Assembly (NCBI RefSeq): GCF_003018115.1
Contig: NZ_CP027457.1
Source of the DNA: Escherichia coli
GTDB taxonomy: Bacteria > Pseudomonadota > Gammaproteobacteria > Enterobacterales > Enterobacteriaceae
Reading direction: 5' to 3' (one strand)
Length of the DNA stretch: 64,000 bases
Shown: in pieces, positions 37,032-49,865 of the stretch
Position numbering within the stretch: position 1 is the stretch's first letter
Layout: the number at the start of each line of letters is the position of its first letter
Program-made: the position numbers and the translations under genes
Notes under the pieces: generated by a model
Seen by the model: only the letters and a program-made list of their open reading frames with translations
The model's database searches: none
Told to the model about the DNA's origin: nothing

Positions 37032-38663
37032 ATGACCAACATCACCAAGAGAAGTTTAGTAGCAGCTGGCGTTCTGGCTGCGCTAATGGCAGGGAATGTC
37101 GCGCTGGCAGCTGATGTGCCCGCAGGCGTCACACTGGCGGAAAAACAAACGCTGGTACGTAACAATGGTTCAGAAGTTCAGTCATTAGATCCGCACAAAA
37201 TTGAAGGTGTTCCGGAGTCTAATATCAGCCGAGACCTGTTTGAAGGCTTACTGGTCAGCGATCTTGACGGTCATCCAGCACCTGGCGTCGCTGAATCCTG
37301 GGATAATAAAGACGCGAAAGTCTGGACCTTCCATTTGCGTAAAGATGCGAAATGGTCTGATGGCACGCCAGTCACAGCACAAGACTTTGTGTATAGCTGG
37401 CAACGTTCTGTTGATCCGAACACTGCTTCTCCGTATGCCAGTTATCTGCAATATGGGCATATCGCCGGTATTGATGAAATTCTTGAAGGGAAAAAAACGA
37501 TTACCGATCTCGGCGTGAAAGCTATTGATGATCACACATTAGAAGTCACCTTAAGTGAACCCGTTCCGTACTTCTATAAATTACTTGTTCACCCATCAAC
37601 TTCACCGGTGCCAAAAGCCGCTATCGAGAAATTCGGCGAAAAATGGACCCAGCCTGGTAATATCGTCACCAACGGTGCCTATACCTTAAAAGATTGGGTC
37701 GTAAACGAACGAATCGTTCTTGAACGCAGCCCGACCTACTGGAACAACGCGAAAACCGTTATTAACCAGGTAACCTATTTGCCTATTGCTTCTGAAGTTA
37801 CCGATGTCAACCGCTACCGTAGTGGTGAAATCGACATGACGTATAACAACATGCCGATCGAATTGTTCCAGAAGCTGAAAAAAGAGATCCCGGACGAAGT
37901 TCACGTTGATCCATACCTGTGCACTTACTATTACGAAATTAACAACCAGAAACCGCCATTCAACGATGTGCGTGTGCGTACCGCACTGAAACTAGGTATG
38001 GACCGCGATATCATTGTTAATAAAGTGAAGGCGCAGGGCGACATGCCCGCCTATGGTTACACTCCACCGTATACTGATGGCGCAAAATTGACTCAGCCAG
38101 AATGGTTTGGCTGGAGCCAGGAAAAACGTAACGAAGAAGCGAAAAAACTGCTGGCTGAAGCGGGTTATACCGCAGACAAACCGTTGACCATCAACCTGCT
38201 GTATAACACCTCCGATCTGCATAAAAAGCTGGCGATTGCTGCCTCTTCATTGTGGAAGAAAAACATTGGTGTAAACGTCAAACTGGTTAACCAGGAGTGG
38301 AAAACGTTCCTCGACACCCGTCACCAGGGTACTTTTGATGTGGCCCGTGCAGGCTGGTGTGCTGACTACAACGAACCAACTTCCTTCCTGAACACCATGC
38401 TGTCGAACAGCTCGATGAATACCGCGCATTATAAGAGCCCGGCCTTTGACAGCATTATGGCGGAAACGCTGAAAGTGACTGACGAGGCGCAGCGCACAGC
38501 TCTGTACACTAAAGCAGAACAACAGCTGGATAAGGATTCGGCCATTGTTCCTGTTTATTACTACGTGAATGCGCGTCTGGTGAAACCGTGGGTTGGTGGC
38601 TATACCGGCAAAGATCCGCTGGATAATACCTACACCCGAAATATGTACATTGTGAAGCACTAA
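37032..38663 (+). CDS. oppA: oligopeptide ABC transporter periplasmic binding protein
   Basis: ORF 36960..38663 trimmed to internal ATG (MTNITKRSLVAAGVLAALMAGNVALA signal peptide), 543 aa. Confidence 0.95.
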   Translation: MTNITKRSLVAAGVLAALMAGNVALAADVPAGVTLAEKQTLVRNNGSEVQSLDPHKIEGVPESNISRDLFEGLLVSDLDGHPAPGVAESWDNKDAKVWTFHLRKDAKWSDGTPVTAQDFVYSWQRSVDPNTASPYASYLQYGHIAGIDEILEGKKTITDLGVKAIDDHTLEVTLSEPVPYFYKLLVHPSTSPVPKAAIEKFGEKWTQPGNIVTNGAYTLKDWVVNERIVLERSPTYWNNAKTVINQVTYLPIASEVTDVNRYRSGEIDMTYNNMPIELFQKLKKEIPDEVHVDPYLCTYYYEINNQKPPFNDVRVRTALKLGMDRDIIVNKVKAQGDMPAYGYTPPYTDGAKLTQPEWFGWSQEKRNEEAKKLLAEAGYTADKPLTINLLYNTSDLHKKLAIAASSLWKKNIGVNVKLVNQEWKTFLDTRHQGTFDVARAGWCADYNEPTSFLNTMLSNSSMNTAHYKSPAFDSIMAETLKVTDEAQRTALYTKAEQQLDKDSAIVPVYYYVNARLVKPWVGGYTGKDPLDNTYTRNMYIVKH

Positions 38664-38748
38664 TGGCAATACGTGGGGCAGGAGTGTCCTGCTCCACGGT
38701 GTCTGATTTTTATCGCATTACAGAAGGCACAGGCCAGAAGGTAGGGCA

Positions 38749-39669
38749 ATGTTAAAATTTATTTTACGTCGCTGTCTGGAAGCGATTCCGACGCTATTTA
38801 TTCTTATTACTATTTCGTTCTTTATGATGCGCCTCGCGCCGGGAAGTCCTTTTACCGGCGAACGTACTTTACCGCCAGAAGTGATGGCCAATATCGAAGC
38901 GAAATATCATCTTAATGATCCGATCATGACACAGTATTTCAGCTACCTGAAACAACTGGCGCACGGTGATTTCGGTCCATCGTTTAAATATAAAGATTAT
39001 TCGGTCAATGACCTGGTGGCATCCAGTTTTCCCGTTTCTGCCAAACTGGGAGCCGCAGCATTTTTCCTTGCGGTAATACTGGGTGTTAGTGCTGGCGTTA
39101 TTGCCGCATTAAAACAAAACACCAAATGGGACTATACCGTGATGGGGCTGGCAATGACCGGGGTTGTTATCCCCAGTTTTGTGGTTGCGCCATTATTAGT
39201 CATGATATTTGCGATCATTTTGCATTGGCTGCCGGGCGGTGGCTGGAATGGTGGGGCGCTTAAATTCATGATATTGCCGATGGTGGCGTTGTCACTCGCC
39301 TATATCGCCAGTATTGCGCGTATTACCCGTGGCTCTATGATTGAAGTATTACACTCCAACTTTATTCGTACTGCCCGGGCGAAAGGGTTACCTATGCGGC
39401 GGATCATTTTACGCCACGCATTAAAACCTGCTCTGTTACCCGTGCTCTCCTATATGGGCCCCGCATTTGTCGGCATTATTACCGGTTCTATGGTTATCGA
39501 AACCATTTATGGTTTGCCGGGGATTGGGCAACTGTTCGTTAATGGCGCATTGAACCGTGACTATTCCTTAGTGTTAAGCCTGACCATCCTGGTTGGTGCG
39601 TTAACCATTTTGTTTAATGCCATTGTCGATGTGCTATATGCGGTTATCGACCCGAAAATCCGTTACTGA
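38749..39669 (+). CDS. oppB: oligopeptide ABC transporter permease
   Basis: 306-aa membrane ORF with ABC-permease EAA-like loop. Confidence 0.94.
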   Translation: MLKFILRRCLEAIPTLFILITISFFMMRLAPGSPFTGERTLPPEVMANIEAKYHLNDPIMTQYFSYLKQLAHGDFGPSFKYKDYSVNDLVASSFPVSAKLGAAAFFLAVILGVSAGVIAALKQNTKWDYTVMGLAMTGVVIPSFVVAPLLVMIFAIILHWLPGGGWNGGALKFMILPMVALSLAYIASIARITRGSMIEVLHSNFIRTARAKGLPMRRIILRHALKPALLPVLSYMGPAFVGIITGSMVIETIYGLPGIGQLFVNGALNRDYSLVLSLTILVGALTILFNAIVDVLYAVIDPKIRY

Positions 39670-39683
39670 TACTGGAGCTCGCG

Positions 39684-40592
39684 ATGATGTTAAGTAAGAA
39701 AAGCAGCGAGACGCTGGAAAATTTCAGTGAAAAGCTGGAGGTCGAAGGGCGCAGCTTGTGGCAGGACGCACGTCGACGTTTTATGCATAACCGTGCGGCG
39801 GTTGCAAGTCTGATAGTGCTGGTGCTGATCGCGTTATTTGTAATCCTGGCACCGATGCTTTCGCAGTTTGCCTATGACGATACTGACTGGGCGATGATGT
39901 CCAGCGCCCCGGATATGGAGTCCGGTCACTACTTTGGTACTGACTCATCCGGTCGCGACCTGCTTGTGCGCGTTGCGATTGGCGGGCGTATCTCACTCAT
40001 GGTCGGTGTTGCTGCGGCACTGGTGGCAGTGGTCGTGGGGACACTTTACGGTTCGCTTTCCGGTTATCTGGGCGGTAAAGTGGATTCGGTAATGATGCGT
40101 CTGCTGGAAATCCTCAACTCCTTCCCATTCATGTTCTTCGTCATTTTGCTGGTGACCTTTTTCGGCCAAAACATCCTGCTGATTTTCGTGGCGATTGGCA
40201 TGGTTTCCTGGCTGGATATGGCTCGTATTGTGCGTGGGCAAACCCTGAGTCTGAAGCGCAAAGAGTTTATTGAGGCGGCACAAGTTGGCGGTGTATCGAC
40301 GCCGGGCATTGTTATTCGCCACATTGTGCCGAACGTACTCGGTGTGGTGGTGGTCTACGCATCGCTACTGGTGCCCAGCATGATCCTCTTTGAATCTTTC
40401 CTTAGCTTCCTGGGGTTGGGTACGCAAGAGCCGTTAAGCAGCTGGGGGGCATTGCTGAGTGATGGCGCGAACTCGATGGAAGTCTCTCCATGGTTACTGT
40501 TGTTCCCAGCGGGATTCCTCGTGGTGACGCTGTTTTGTTTCAACTTTATCGGCGATGGCTTGCGTGATGCCCTCGACCCGAAAGATCGTTAA
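39684..40592 (+). CDS. oppC: oligopeptide ABC transporter permease
   Basis: 302-aa membrane ORF. Confidence 0.94.
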   Translation: MMLSKKSSETLENFSEKLEVEGRSLWQDARRRFMHNRAAVASLIVLVLIALFVILAPMLSQFAYDDTDWAMMSSAPDMESGHYFGTDSSGRDLLVRVAIGGRISLMVGVAAALVAVVVGTLYGSLSGYLGGKVDSVMMRLLEILNSFPFMFFVILLVTFFGQNILLIFVAIGMVSWLDMARIVRGQTLSLKRKEFIEAAQVGGVSTPGIVIRHIVPNVLGVVVVYASLLVPSMILFESFLSFLGLGTQEPLSSWGALLSDGANSMEVSPWLLLFPAGFLVVTLFCFNFIGDGLRDALDPKDR

Positions 40593-40603
40593 GGAGTGCA
40601 GCC

Positions 40604-41617
40604 ATGAGCGTAATTGAACCTGCAACTGTGCCGCTCGCACAACAACAGGCTGACGCACTGCTGAACGTGAAAGATTTGCGTGTCACCTTTAGTACCCCGG
40701 ACGGCGACGTCACGGCGGTCAATGATTTAAATTTTTCCCTACGTGCCGGAGAAACGCTGGGCATTGTAGGTGAGTCTGGTTCGGGTAAATCGCAAACTGC
40801 ATTTGCGTTGATGGGCCTGTTGGCTGCCAACGGACGCATTGGCGGATCGGCAACCTTCAATGGGCGTGAAATCCTCAATTTGCCAGAGCGTGAACTCAAT
40901 AAACTGCGCGCTGAACAAATCTCAATGATTTTTCAGGACCCAATGACTTCGTTGAATCCCTATATGCGCGTCGGTGAGCAGTTGATGGAAGTGCTGATGC
41001 TGCATAAGAACATGAGCAAAGCTGAGGCGTTTGAAGAGTCGGTGCGGATGCTCGATGCGGTAAAAATGCCGGAAGCGCGTAAACGCATGAAAATGTACCC
41101 GCACGAATTTTCTGGCGGCATGCGTCAGCGAGTCATGATTGCGATGGCATTGCTATGTCGGCCTAAGCTGCTGATTGCGGATGAACCCACTACTGCGCTG
41201 GACGTCACCGTACAGGCGCAGATCATGACGCTATTAAATGAACTGAAGCGGGAATTTAATACCGCCATCATTATGATCACCCACGATCTTGGCGTGGTGG
41301 CGGGGATCTGCGACAAAGTGCTGGTAATGTACGCCGGGCGCACGATGGAATATGGCAACGCGCGCGATGTCTTTTATCAACCTGTTCATCCTTATTCTAT
41401 CGGTTTGCTCAACGCGGTGCCTCGTCTCGATGCGGAAGGTGAAACAATGTTGACTATTCCGGGTAATCCGCCAAACCTGCTGCGATTACCGAAAGGTTGC
41501 CCGTTCCAGCCACGTTGTCCGCATGCGATGGAAATTTGTAGTAGCGCACCGCCGCTGGAAGAGTTTACGCCTGGCCGTCTGCGTGCTTGCTTTAAACCGG
41601 TGGAGGAACTGTTATGA
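40604..41617 (+). CDS. oppD: oligopeptide ABC transporter ATP-binding protein
   Basis: 337-aa ORF with Walker A (GESGSGKS), ABC signature (FSGGMRQR), Walker B. Confidence 0.95.
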   Translation: MSVIEPATVPLAQQQADALLNVKDLRVTFSTPDGDVTAVNDLNFSLRAGETLGIVGESGSGKSQTAFALMGLLAANGRIGGSATFNGREILNLPERELNKLRAEQISMIFQDPMTSLNPYMRVGEQLMEVLMLHKNMSKAEAFEESVRMLDAVKMPEARKRMKMYPHEFSGGMRQRVMIAMALLCRPKLLIADEPTTALDVTVQAQIMTLLNELKREFNTAIIMITHDLGVVAGICDKVLVMYAGRTMEYGNARDVFYQPVHPYSIGLLNAVPRLDAEGETMLTIPGNPPNLLRLPKGCPFQPRCPHAMEICSSAPPLEEFTPGRLRACFKPVEELL

Positions 41618-42618
41618 ATGCTGTAACCGAAGGAAGAAAAGTCCTCCTCGAAATCGCCGATCTGAAAGTGCACTTTGAAATCAAAGATGGCAAACAGTGG
41701 TTCTGGCAACCGCCGAAAACGCTCAAAGCCGTCGATGGTGTCACTCTTCGCCTGTATGAAGGGGAAACATTAGGTGTGGTAGGGGAATCGGGATGCGGTA
41801 AGTCCACCTTTGCTCGCGCCATCATCGGTTTGGTCAAGGCGACCGACGGTCATGTTGCCTGGTTAGGTAAAGAGTTGCTGGGCATGAAGCCCGATGAATG
41901 GCGTGCCGTTCGCAGTGATATTCAGATGATTTTCCAGGATCCGTTGGCATCGCTAAACCCGCGTATGACCATCGGCGAGATCATCGCTGAACCACTGCGT
42001 ACTTATCATCCGAAAATGTCACGCCAGGAAGTTCGCGAGCGCGTGAAGGCGATGATGCTGAAAGTCGGGTTATTGCCTAACCTGATTAACCGCTATCCGC
42101 ATGAGTTCTCTGGTGGGCAGTGCCAGCGTATCGGGATTGCTCGTGCTCTTATTCTTGAACCGAAGCTGATTATCTGTGATGAGCCGGTGTCGGCGCTGGA
42201 CGTGTCAATTCAGGCACAGGTGGTCAACCTGCTCCAGCAATTGCAACGTGAGATGGGATTGTCATTAATTTTTATCGCTCATGACCTGGCCGTGGTAAAA
42301 CACATTTCCGATCGTGTGTTGGTGATGTATCTCGGCCATGCGGTAGAACTGGGGACCTATGATGAGGTCTACCACAATCCACTACATCCTTACACCAGGG
42401 CATTGATGTCGGCAGTCCCCATACCTGATCCGGATCTGGAGAAGAACAAAACCATCCAGTTACTGGAAGGGGAATTACCGTCGCCGATCAACCCGCCTTC
42501 CGGTTGTGTTTTCCGTACCCGTTGCCCGATTGCCGGTCCGGAGTGCGCCAAAACACGTCCTGTTCTGGAGGGGAGTTTCAGACACGCCGTTTCTTGCCTG
42601 AAAGTCGATCCGCTTTAA
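41614..42618 (+). CDS. oppF: oligopeptide ABC transporter ATP-binding protein
   Basis: 334-aa ORF with Walker A (GESGCGKST) and signature (FSGGQCQR); overlaps oppD stop. Confidence 0.95.
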   Translation: MNAVTEGRKVLLEIADLKVHFEIKDGKQWFWQPPKTLKAVDGVTLRLYEGETLGVVGESGCGKSTFARAIIGLVKATDGHVAWLGKELLGMKPDEWRAVRSDIQMIFQDPLASLNPRMTIGEIIAEPLRTYHPKMSRQEVRERVKAMMLKVGLLPNLINRYPHEFSGGQCQRIGIARALILEPKLIICDEPVSALDVSIQAQVVNLLQQLQREMGLSLIFIAHDLAVVKHISDRVLVMYLGHAVELGTYDEVYHNPLHPYTRALMSAVPIPDPDLEKNKTIQLLEGELPSPINPPSGCVFRTRCPIAGPECAKTRPVLEGSFRHAVSCLKVDPL

Positions 42619-42625
42619 ACACAAT

Positions 42626-42652
42626 AAGGGCTGACAGTTGTCAGCCCTTTTT
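42626..42652 (+). terminator. rho-independent terminator after oppF (also faces yciU)
   Basis: agggctgaca-gttg-tcagccct hairpin followed by TTTTT. Confidence 0.75.
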
Positions 42653-42666
42653 CACGCCGAAAGCGA

Positions 42667-44491
<1,825 letters not shown>

Positions 44492-44633
44492 AGATTAGAA
44501 ATCCTTTTGAAAGCGCATTGTTATGAGTTTACGCATATGGATTCATCTGGCAAATAAAAACGCGGGAAAAGCACTGGTCAGCGTCGGGGGTGGGGGTATA
44601 ATGACCATTCTGTTATTGCATAGAGTAGTTAAC

Positions 44634-44807
44634 ATGAAGCGGAGTAGAACGGAAGTGGGGCGCTGGCGCATGCAGCGTCAGGCTAGCCGACGTAAATCGC
44701 GTTGGCTTGAGGGGCAATCGCGCCGAAATATGCGTATCCACAGCATCAGGAAGTGCATTCTAAACAAACAGCGTAACTCGTTATTGTTTGCGATCTACAA
44801 TATCTAA
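44634..44807 (+). CDS. yciY: small basic protein YciY
   Basis: internal ATG of ORF 44523..44807 gives 57 aa MKRSRTEVGRWRMQRQASRRKSRWLEG... Confidence 0.7.
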   Translation: MKRSRTEVGRWRMQRQASRRKSRWLEGQSRRNMRIHSIRKCILNKQRNSLLFAIYNI

Positions 44808-44861
44808 ATGTACTGGGCACCATTGCGGTGCCCAATAAGTTTACTCTTCCGTCTTTAAACT

Positions 44862-46115
44862 CTATTTTTGCGCCGATTCTTTACTGTCAGCTTTCGTTTC
44901 TTGTTCATCGTTATCGCTGAAAATACCATGACCTGAGTTCAACAACATTGAAACGAGCATATCATTATTAATCTCTTCACCATTTAAAACTCGCGCCAGA
45001 ATTTCGCTGCCAAACAGTTGCGGTGAGAGAATGATATCCGGATGTACCATCTTAATCTTATTCAGGTTTTTGCTATCACTGACGGCGAGAACTGTTTTGA
45101 CATCACTGCTCATATCTTTTGCCGAGAGTACAACAAACGCGTTATCTGCATCGTTATCACTCAGCGCCAGAATGGCCCGGCAACGATCGATTCCCGCTTT
45201 CTTTAATACTGAACTGTCATTACTGTCACCGGGGATAACATCAGCGTTATCGCCTAAGCGTTGCTCAAGTTGCTTGATATCATCTTCAGGCAAGTTGCTG
45301 ATAACCGTTACGTTTTGTCCGCGTTGATTCAGTTGCAGGATCGTATTGATGGCGAGAATCGAATGTCCGCAAACAATAAAATGATCTTTACGATGCATTG
45401 TATGATTGTTTCCTTTTACAAGTTTGTTGAATCCCCCGCGGATAAGCGGACCAAAAATTGAGGTCATAGATGTGGCAAAAACGGTAATGCCGGAAATAAT
45501 GACCGAAATAGTGAACAATCGTGCTGATTCAGAAACAGGGACAATATCGCCATAGCCGACGGTTGACATGGTTTCTATCGAAAAATAGAACGCGGTCATC
45601 AAACTTTCTATTCGCGGATTAAAACCTTCGCTTAAATAAAGCGCACCGTAGGTGGAGTAAAACAGTAACGTCGTGAAACTAATAAATGCAAAAATTGTCC
45701 CGGCTGCGGCGCTACTGTGGGAGAAGTCTTTGCGCAGTATCAGCAAAAACACCAGCGTAAAAATGCAAAATCCAATACTAAATTTTAGCCAGGGATAAAA
45801 ATGCAGGGTGTAAATTAGCGCTATCAACAACAAAATGATACTGATTGCCCATGCGAGCTTTGCCCGGAACAGTAAGCCAATGGAGTTCAGGACAAGAAAG
45901 ACGCCGAGCATAAATAGTGGGGCGTTTGCCAGCAAGGAGAGATCCAACTCTGAAAATGCTTTGATATGGAAAATATCAAGCAAATTGACCGACATACCAT
46001 AGATTGTTTTAAAAATAAGCAATCCATTTAAAAAGACGGCCAGCGCGAGAATGTCGTGCCGTAGGGTCACCCATAAATTTGTTGCTGTTTGTTTGAATGT
46101 AGCCCAGTGACTCAC
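44862..46115 (-). CDS. kch: voltage-gated K+ channel Kch
   Basis: ORF 44862..46133; K+ selectivity filter TVGYGD, TM segments, C-terminal RCK/TrkA-N domain; likely GTG start (417 aa). Confidence 0.92.
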   Translation of the reverse strand: MSHWATFKQTATNLWVTLRHDILALAVFLNGLLIFKTIYGMSVNLLDIFHIKAFSELDLSLLANAPLFMLGVFLVLNSIGLLFRAKLAWAISIILLLIALIYTLHFYPWLKFSIGFCIFTLVFLLILRKDFSHSSAAAGTIFAFISFTTLLFYSTYGALYLSEGFNPRIESLMTAFYFSIETMSTVGYGDIVPVSESARLFTISVIISGITVFATSMTSIFGPLIRGGFNKLVKGNNHTMHRKDHFIVCGHSILAINTILQLNQRGQNVTVISNLPEDDIKQLEQRLGDNADVIPGDSNDSSVLKKAGIDRCRAILALSDNDADNAFVVLSAKDMSSDVKTVLAVSDSKNLNKIKMVHPDIILSPQLFGSEILARVLNGEEINNDMLVSMLLNSGHGIFSDNDEQETKADSKESAQK

Positions 46116-46414
46116 TGATACCTCTGTAACCACAATTTTGTTTAATTATCTTAGCGTGCACATTTTCTGAACATACATGCAGCGCGTGAATGTGTTAAAC
46201 AATAGTAGATGACTTTATCCGCAGTAATCAAAGGTTTTGAGCGAGCAACTGTACCTCAGGAAAGGTCATTTTTCCTGAATATGCTCACATCATATAAAGA
46301 AATACAGATAAAGTTATTATCTGCTTGTGGTGGTGAATGCACTGACCGGCTATAAGGAAAGGCCAAACAAGAACACGGTTGCAAAAACCGTGCCCTTAAA
46401 TATTGGATCTCTAT

Positions 46415-46711
46415 TCAGAACACTTTCTTAAATGGTTTCACTGAAACGTGTTCATAGACACCTGCCGCTACGTACGGGTCAGCATCGGCCCAGGCCTGAG
46501 CTGCTTCCAGCGATTCAAATTCAGCAATAACGGTTGAGCCAGTAAATCCCGCAGCCCCTGGATCGTTACTGTCTACCGCTGGCATTGGACCAGCTGTCAA
46601 CAAACGACCTTCATCATGCAGTAACTGTAAACGTGCTAAATGTGCCGGACGAACGGAAAGGCGTTTTTCGAGGCTATCAGCTTTGTCTTGAGCGTAAATA
46701 ACATACAACAC
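46415..46711 (-). CDS. yciI: YciI-like protein
   Basis: ORF 46415..46807 trimmed to GTG start giving 98 aa ([21 protein letters not shown]...). Confidence 0.85.
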
Positions 46712-46867
46712 GGGCACAACTCCTTGTTCGGGAAAGTTGTAAAGTACGTTATTTGAAAGGGCGAAGATCTGCAACGGAAAGATGATGTCTTTGTTAAGAC
46801 CATGCATAAAGTAAGGTTAATTACGCCAAAAATGACATTTTCACTGATCCTGATCGTCTTGCCTTAT

Positions 46868-46896
46868 TGAATATGATTGCTATTTGCATTTAAAAT
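46868..46896 (+). promoter_or_regulatory. Fur box in tonB promoter
   Basis: tgaatatgattgctatttgcatttaaaat, AT-rich Fur-type dyad about 45 bp upstream of the tonB start. Confidence 0.65.
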
Positions 46897-46934
46897 CGAG
46901 ACCTGGTTTTTCTACTGAAATGATTATGACTTCA

Positions 46935-47654
46935 ATGACCCTTGATTTACCTCGCCGCTTCCCCTGGCCGACGTTACTTTCGGTCTGCATTCATGGTGCT
47001 GTTGTGGCGGGTCTGCTCTATACCTCGGTACATCAGGTTATTGAACTACCTGCGCCTGCGCAGCCAATTTCTGTCACGATGGTTGCGCCTGCTGATCTCG
47101 AACCGCCACAAGCCGTTCAGCCGCCACCGGAGCCGGTGGTAGAGCCAGAACCGGAACCTGAGCCGATCCCCGAACCGCCAAAAGAAGCACCGGTGGTCAT
47201 TGAAAAGCCGAAGCCGAAACCTAAGCCAAAACCGAAGCCGGTGAAAAAGGTACAGGAGCAGCCAAAACGCGATGTCAAACCCGTAGAGTCGCGTCCGGCA
47301 TCACCGTTTGAAAATACGGCACCGGCACGCCCGACATCAAGTACAGCAACGGCTGCAACCAGCAAGCCGGTTACCAGTGTGGCTTCAGGACCACGCGCAT
47401 TAAGCCGTAATCAGCCGCAGTATCCGGCACGAGCACAGGCATTGCGCATTGAAGGGCAGGTTAAAGTTAAATTTGATGTCACGCCGGATGGTCGCGTGGA
47501 TAACGTACAAATCCTCTCAGCCAAGCCTGCGAACATGTTTGAGCGTGAGGTGAAAAATGCGATGCGCAGATGGCGTTATGAGCCGGGTAAGCCAGGCAGT
47601 GGGATTGTGGTGAACATCCTGTTTAAAATTAACGGCACCACCGAAATTCAGTAA
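46935..47654 (+). CDS. tonB: energy transducer TonB
   Basis: ORF 46884..47654 trimmed to [17 protein letters not shown]...; (EP)n and (KP)n proline-rich repeats; 239 aa. Confidence 0.95.
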   Translation: MTLDLPRRFPWPTLLSVCIHGAVVAGLLYTSVHQVIELPAPAQPISVTMVAPADLEPPQAVQPPPEPVVEPEPEPEPIPEPPKEAPVVIEKPKPKPKPKPKPVKKVQEQPKRDVKPVESRPASPFENTAPARPTSSTATAATSKPVTSVASGPRALSRNQPQYPARAQALRIEGQVKVKFDVTPDGRVDNVQILSAKPANMFEREVKNAMRRWRYEPGKPGSGIVVNILFKINGTTEIQ

Positions 47655-47665
47655 GCATAAAGTCA

Positions 47666-47688
47666 AAAGCCTCCGACCGGAGGCTTTT
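47666..47688. terminator. bidirectional rho-independent terminator between tonB and yciA
   Basis: aaaagcctccg-a-cggaggctttt perfect hairpin flanked by A-run and T-run. Confidence 0.85.
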
Positions 47689-47693
47689 GATTA

Positions 47694-48092
47694 TTACTCA
47701 ACAGGTAAGGCGCGAGGTTTTCCTTCAGGATCAACCGCGACATACTTAAATAATGCTTCTGTCGCTTTATAGCGTTGCCCGATTGGTTCAGACGCTACTT
47801 TTTTCACCCACACCTCAATATTAATGCTGACCGATGTCGTCCCTTTCTGGACACAGCGTGCATAGCAGCACACCACATCGCCGACCGCAACCGGCCGTAA
47901 GAAAGTCATTCCTTCAACCCGCACAGTCACTACGCGACCGTGGGCAATTTCTTTTGCCAGAATAGCGCCGCCAATATCCATTTGTGACATTAACCAACCA
48001 CCAAAGATGTCACCATTGGCATTGGTATCGGCGGGCATGGCTAAAGTACGTAAAACAAGATCGCCCTGAGGGACGTTATGTGTTGTAGACAT
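47694..48092 (-). CDS. yciA: acyl-CoA thioesterase (hotdog fold)
   Basis: 132-aa ORF MSTTHNVPQGDLVLRTLAMPADTNANGDIFGGWLMSQMD... Confidence 0.92.
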   Translation of the reverse strand: MSTTHNVPQGDLVLRTLAMPADTNANGDIFGGWLMSQMDIGGAILAKEIAHGRVVTVRVEGMTFLRPVAVGDVVCCYARCVQKGTTSVSINIEVWVKKVASEPIGQRYKATEALFKYVAVDPEGKPRALPVE

Positions 48093-48196
48093 GGTAAAAC
48101 CGACTTAAAAGGAAAATCACAGGCGCGATGCTACTATGATTTTCCTGAGGAGAACAGAGGAGATACAGCGCCAGCCCCGAAGGACTGGCAGTCTGG

Positions 48197-48736
48197 TTAG
48201 GATTTATCTTCCTGCGGCATGTGGCGGTAGATATAGATACCGCTTAACAATGTGAAGATTAAGGTAAGGGCGGTCAGGCCAAAGACTTTAAAGTTGACCC
48301 AAATATTTTGCGGCAGCCAGAATGCGATGTAGATGTTTGCCAGACCGCAAAGGATAAAGAAAACAGCCCAGGCCAGATTCAGCTTCGACCATACCGGTTG
48401 CGGCAGCGTGAGTTCTTTACCCAGCATCCGCTGAATTAGCGGCTTTTTCATCACCCATTGGCTGACTAACAGGGCTCCCGCAAACAGAGCATAAATGACT
48501 GTAACCTTCCATTTAATAAACTCATCATTGTGGAAGAACAGCGTCAAGCCACCGAAGACGACCACCAGAACAAAAGTGATCAGGGCCATCTTCTCAACCT
48601 TACGAAAGCGAACCCAGCTATAGATAAGCACAATCGCCGTGGCGACGATCAGCGCCGCAGTAGCCGCATAGATATCATAAATCTTGTAAAACGCGAAAAA
48701 GACAACCAGCGGTAAAAAATCAAGAAACTGCTTCAT
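48197..48736 (-). CDS. yciB: inner membrane protein YciB (intracellular septation protein family)
   Basis: 179-aa polytopic ORF. Confidence 0.9.
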   Translation of the reverse strand: MKQFLDFLPLVVFFAFYKIYDIYAATAALIVATAIVLIYSWVRFRKVEKMALITFVLVVVFGGLTLFFHNDEFIKWKVTVIYALFAGALLVSQWVMKKPLIQRMLGKELTLPQPVWSKLNLAWAVFFILCGLANIYIAFWLPQNIWVNFKVFGLTALTLIFTLLSGIYIYRHMPQEDKS

Positions 48737-48765
48737 TTTACGATTCCGTAATCAAATGCTTAAGG

Positions 48766-49509
48766 TTATTGGCGAATCAACATATACAGACGGAACAGAT
48801 AGATGAGCAATACGGCTGAAATCAGGTTGCTCAAGGTGTTCGCCAGTACGGCACCAATTTCCGGGGTTAATGCGGCAAAAGAAGAGGCAAAAAGCAGCAA
48901 CAGTGTTTTTGCCAGCAACCAGCTCAGTACTGCGGGTGCCACCAGACGCATATTCGCCCAAGTCAGCCGCATACTGCTACGCATCGAGGCAAAAATGCCC
49001 ATTTTGTCCTGTACCAACATCACCGGTGCCAGGGCCAGTAAAATGGCCATGATAATTCCCGGAACGACCACTAGCATGATGCCAATCTGTACTAAAAGGG
49101 TAGTCAGAAAAATCAGAATAAATAACTTGGGCAATATCGGCGCACTGGCACCAATAGCTCGCAGCGCACTGACTCTCTGACCCGCAGACACCAGCTGGAT
49201 AATTAATATTACGCCTCCGGCGAGAATGGCGTTACCGATTAATCCTGAAAAAGTGGACGCCGCTGAAGCCTGCAGCAAAATTTGTTGCTGTTCCGGTGAC
49301 ATATTCTGAACCAGGTCGAACAACCCACTACTGCCGCTAACGGGAACGCCGTCATTGAGCTGCGCAAGCTGTGCATCACTGGGTGAGAAAACATGCCCTA
49401 ACACCACTGTGATAAACGCACATAGCAACGATACCAACAGAATGGTCATAAATTGATTACGGAAGAAATTTCCGGTGTCACGGTATACGGACTGCGCCGT
49501 GATAGACAT
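48766..49509 (-). CDS. yciC: UPF0259 membrane protein YciC
   Basis: 247-aa polytopic ORF. Confidence 0.9.
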   Translation of the reverse strand: MSITAQSVYRDTGNFFRNQFMTILLVSLLCAFITVVLGHVFSPSDAQLAQLNDGVPVSGSSGLFDLVQNMSPEQQQILLQASAASTFSGLIGNAILAGGVILIIQLVSAGQRVSALRAIGASAPILPKLFILIFLTTLLVQIGIMLVVVPGIIMAILLALAPVMLVQDKMGIFASMRSSMRLTWANMRLVAPAVLSWLLAKTLLLLFASSFAALTPEIGAVLANTLSNLISAVLLIYLFRLYMLIRQ

Positions 49510-49865
49510 GCACTCTCCTTGAGTTTTATGCAGGTGTTAATTAGCGGGCAATTGTACCCTGGTTAAGCCTCGGGTGGCAGCATCAGGTCTTGTATGGAAA
49601 AGCATATCTTTGTAAAGCGGAGGTAATTGCTGGCCTTCAGGCGTGGGCAAACCGCGGCAAGTGGCGATCGAGTTAATATTTGCGTAGCGAAAATATTTAA
49701 AAATTGATTTAAATCACGTTAACCAGGATTCTCAATGCAACTTCTAAATTAATCCAGATCAATAAAGGGTGAATTATCATATGTAATGTGATCTATGTAG
49801 GATCATTTGTTACTCCAATGTAGGTATATTCGTCACGTTTTTATAACCATAACGACGGAGCGGAT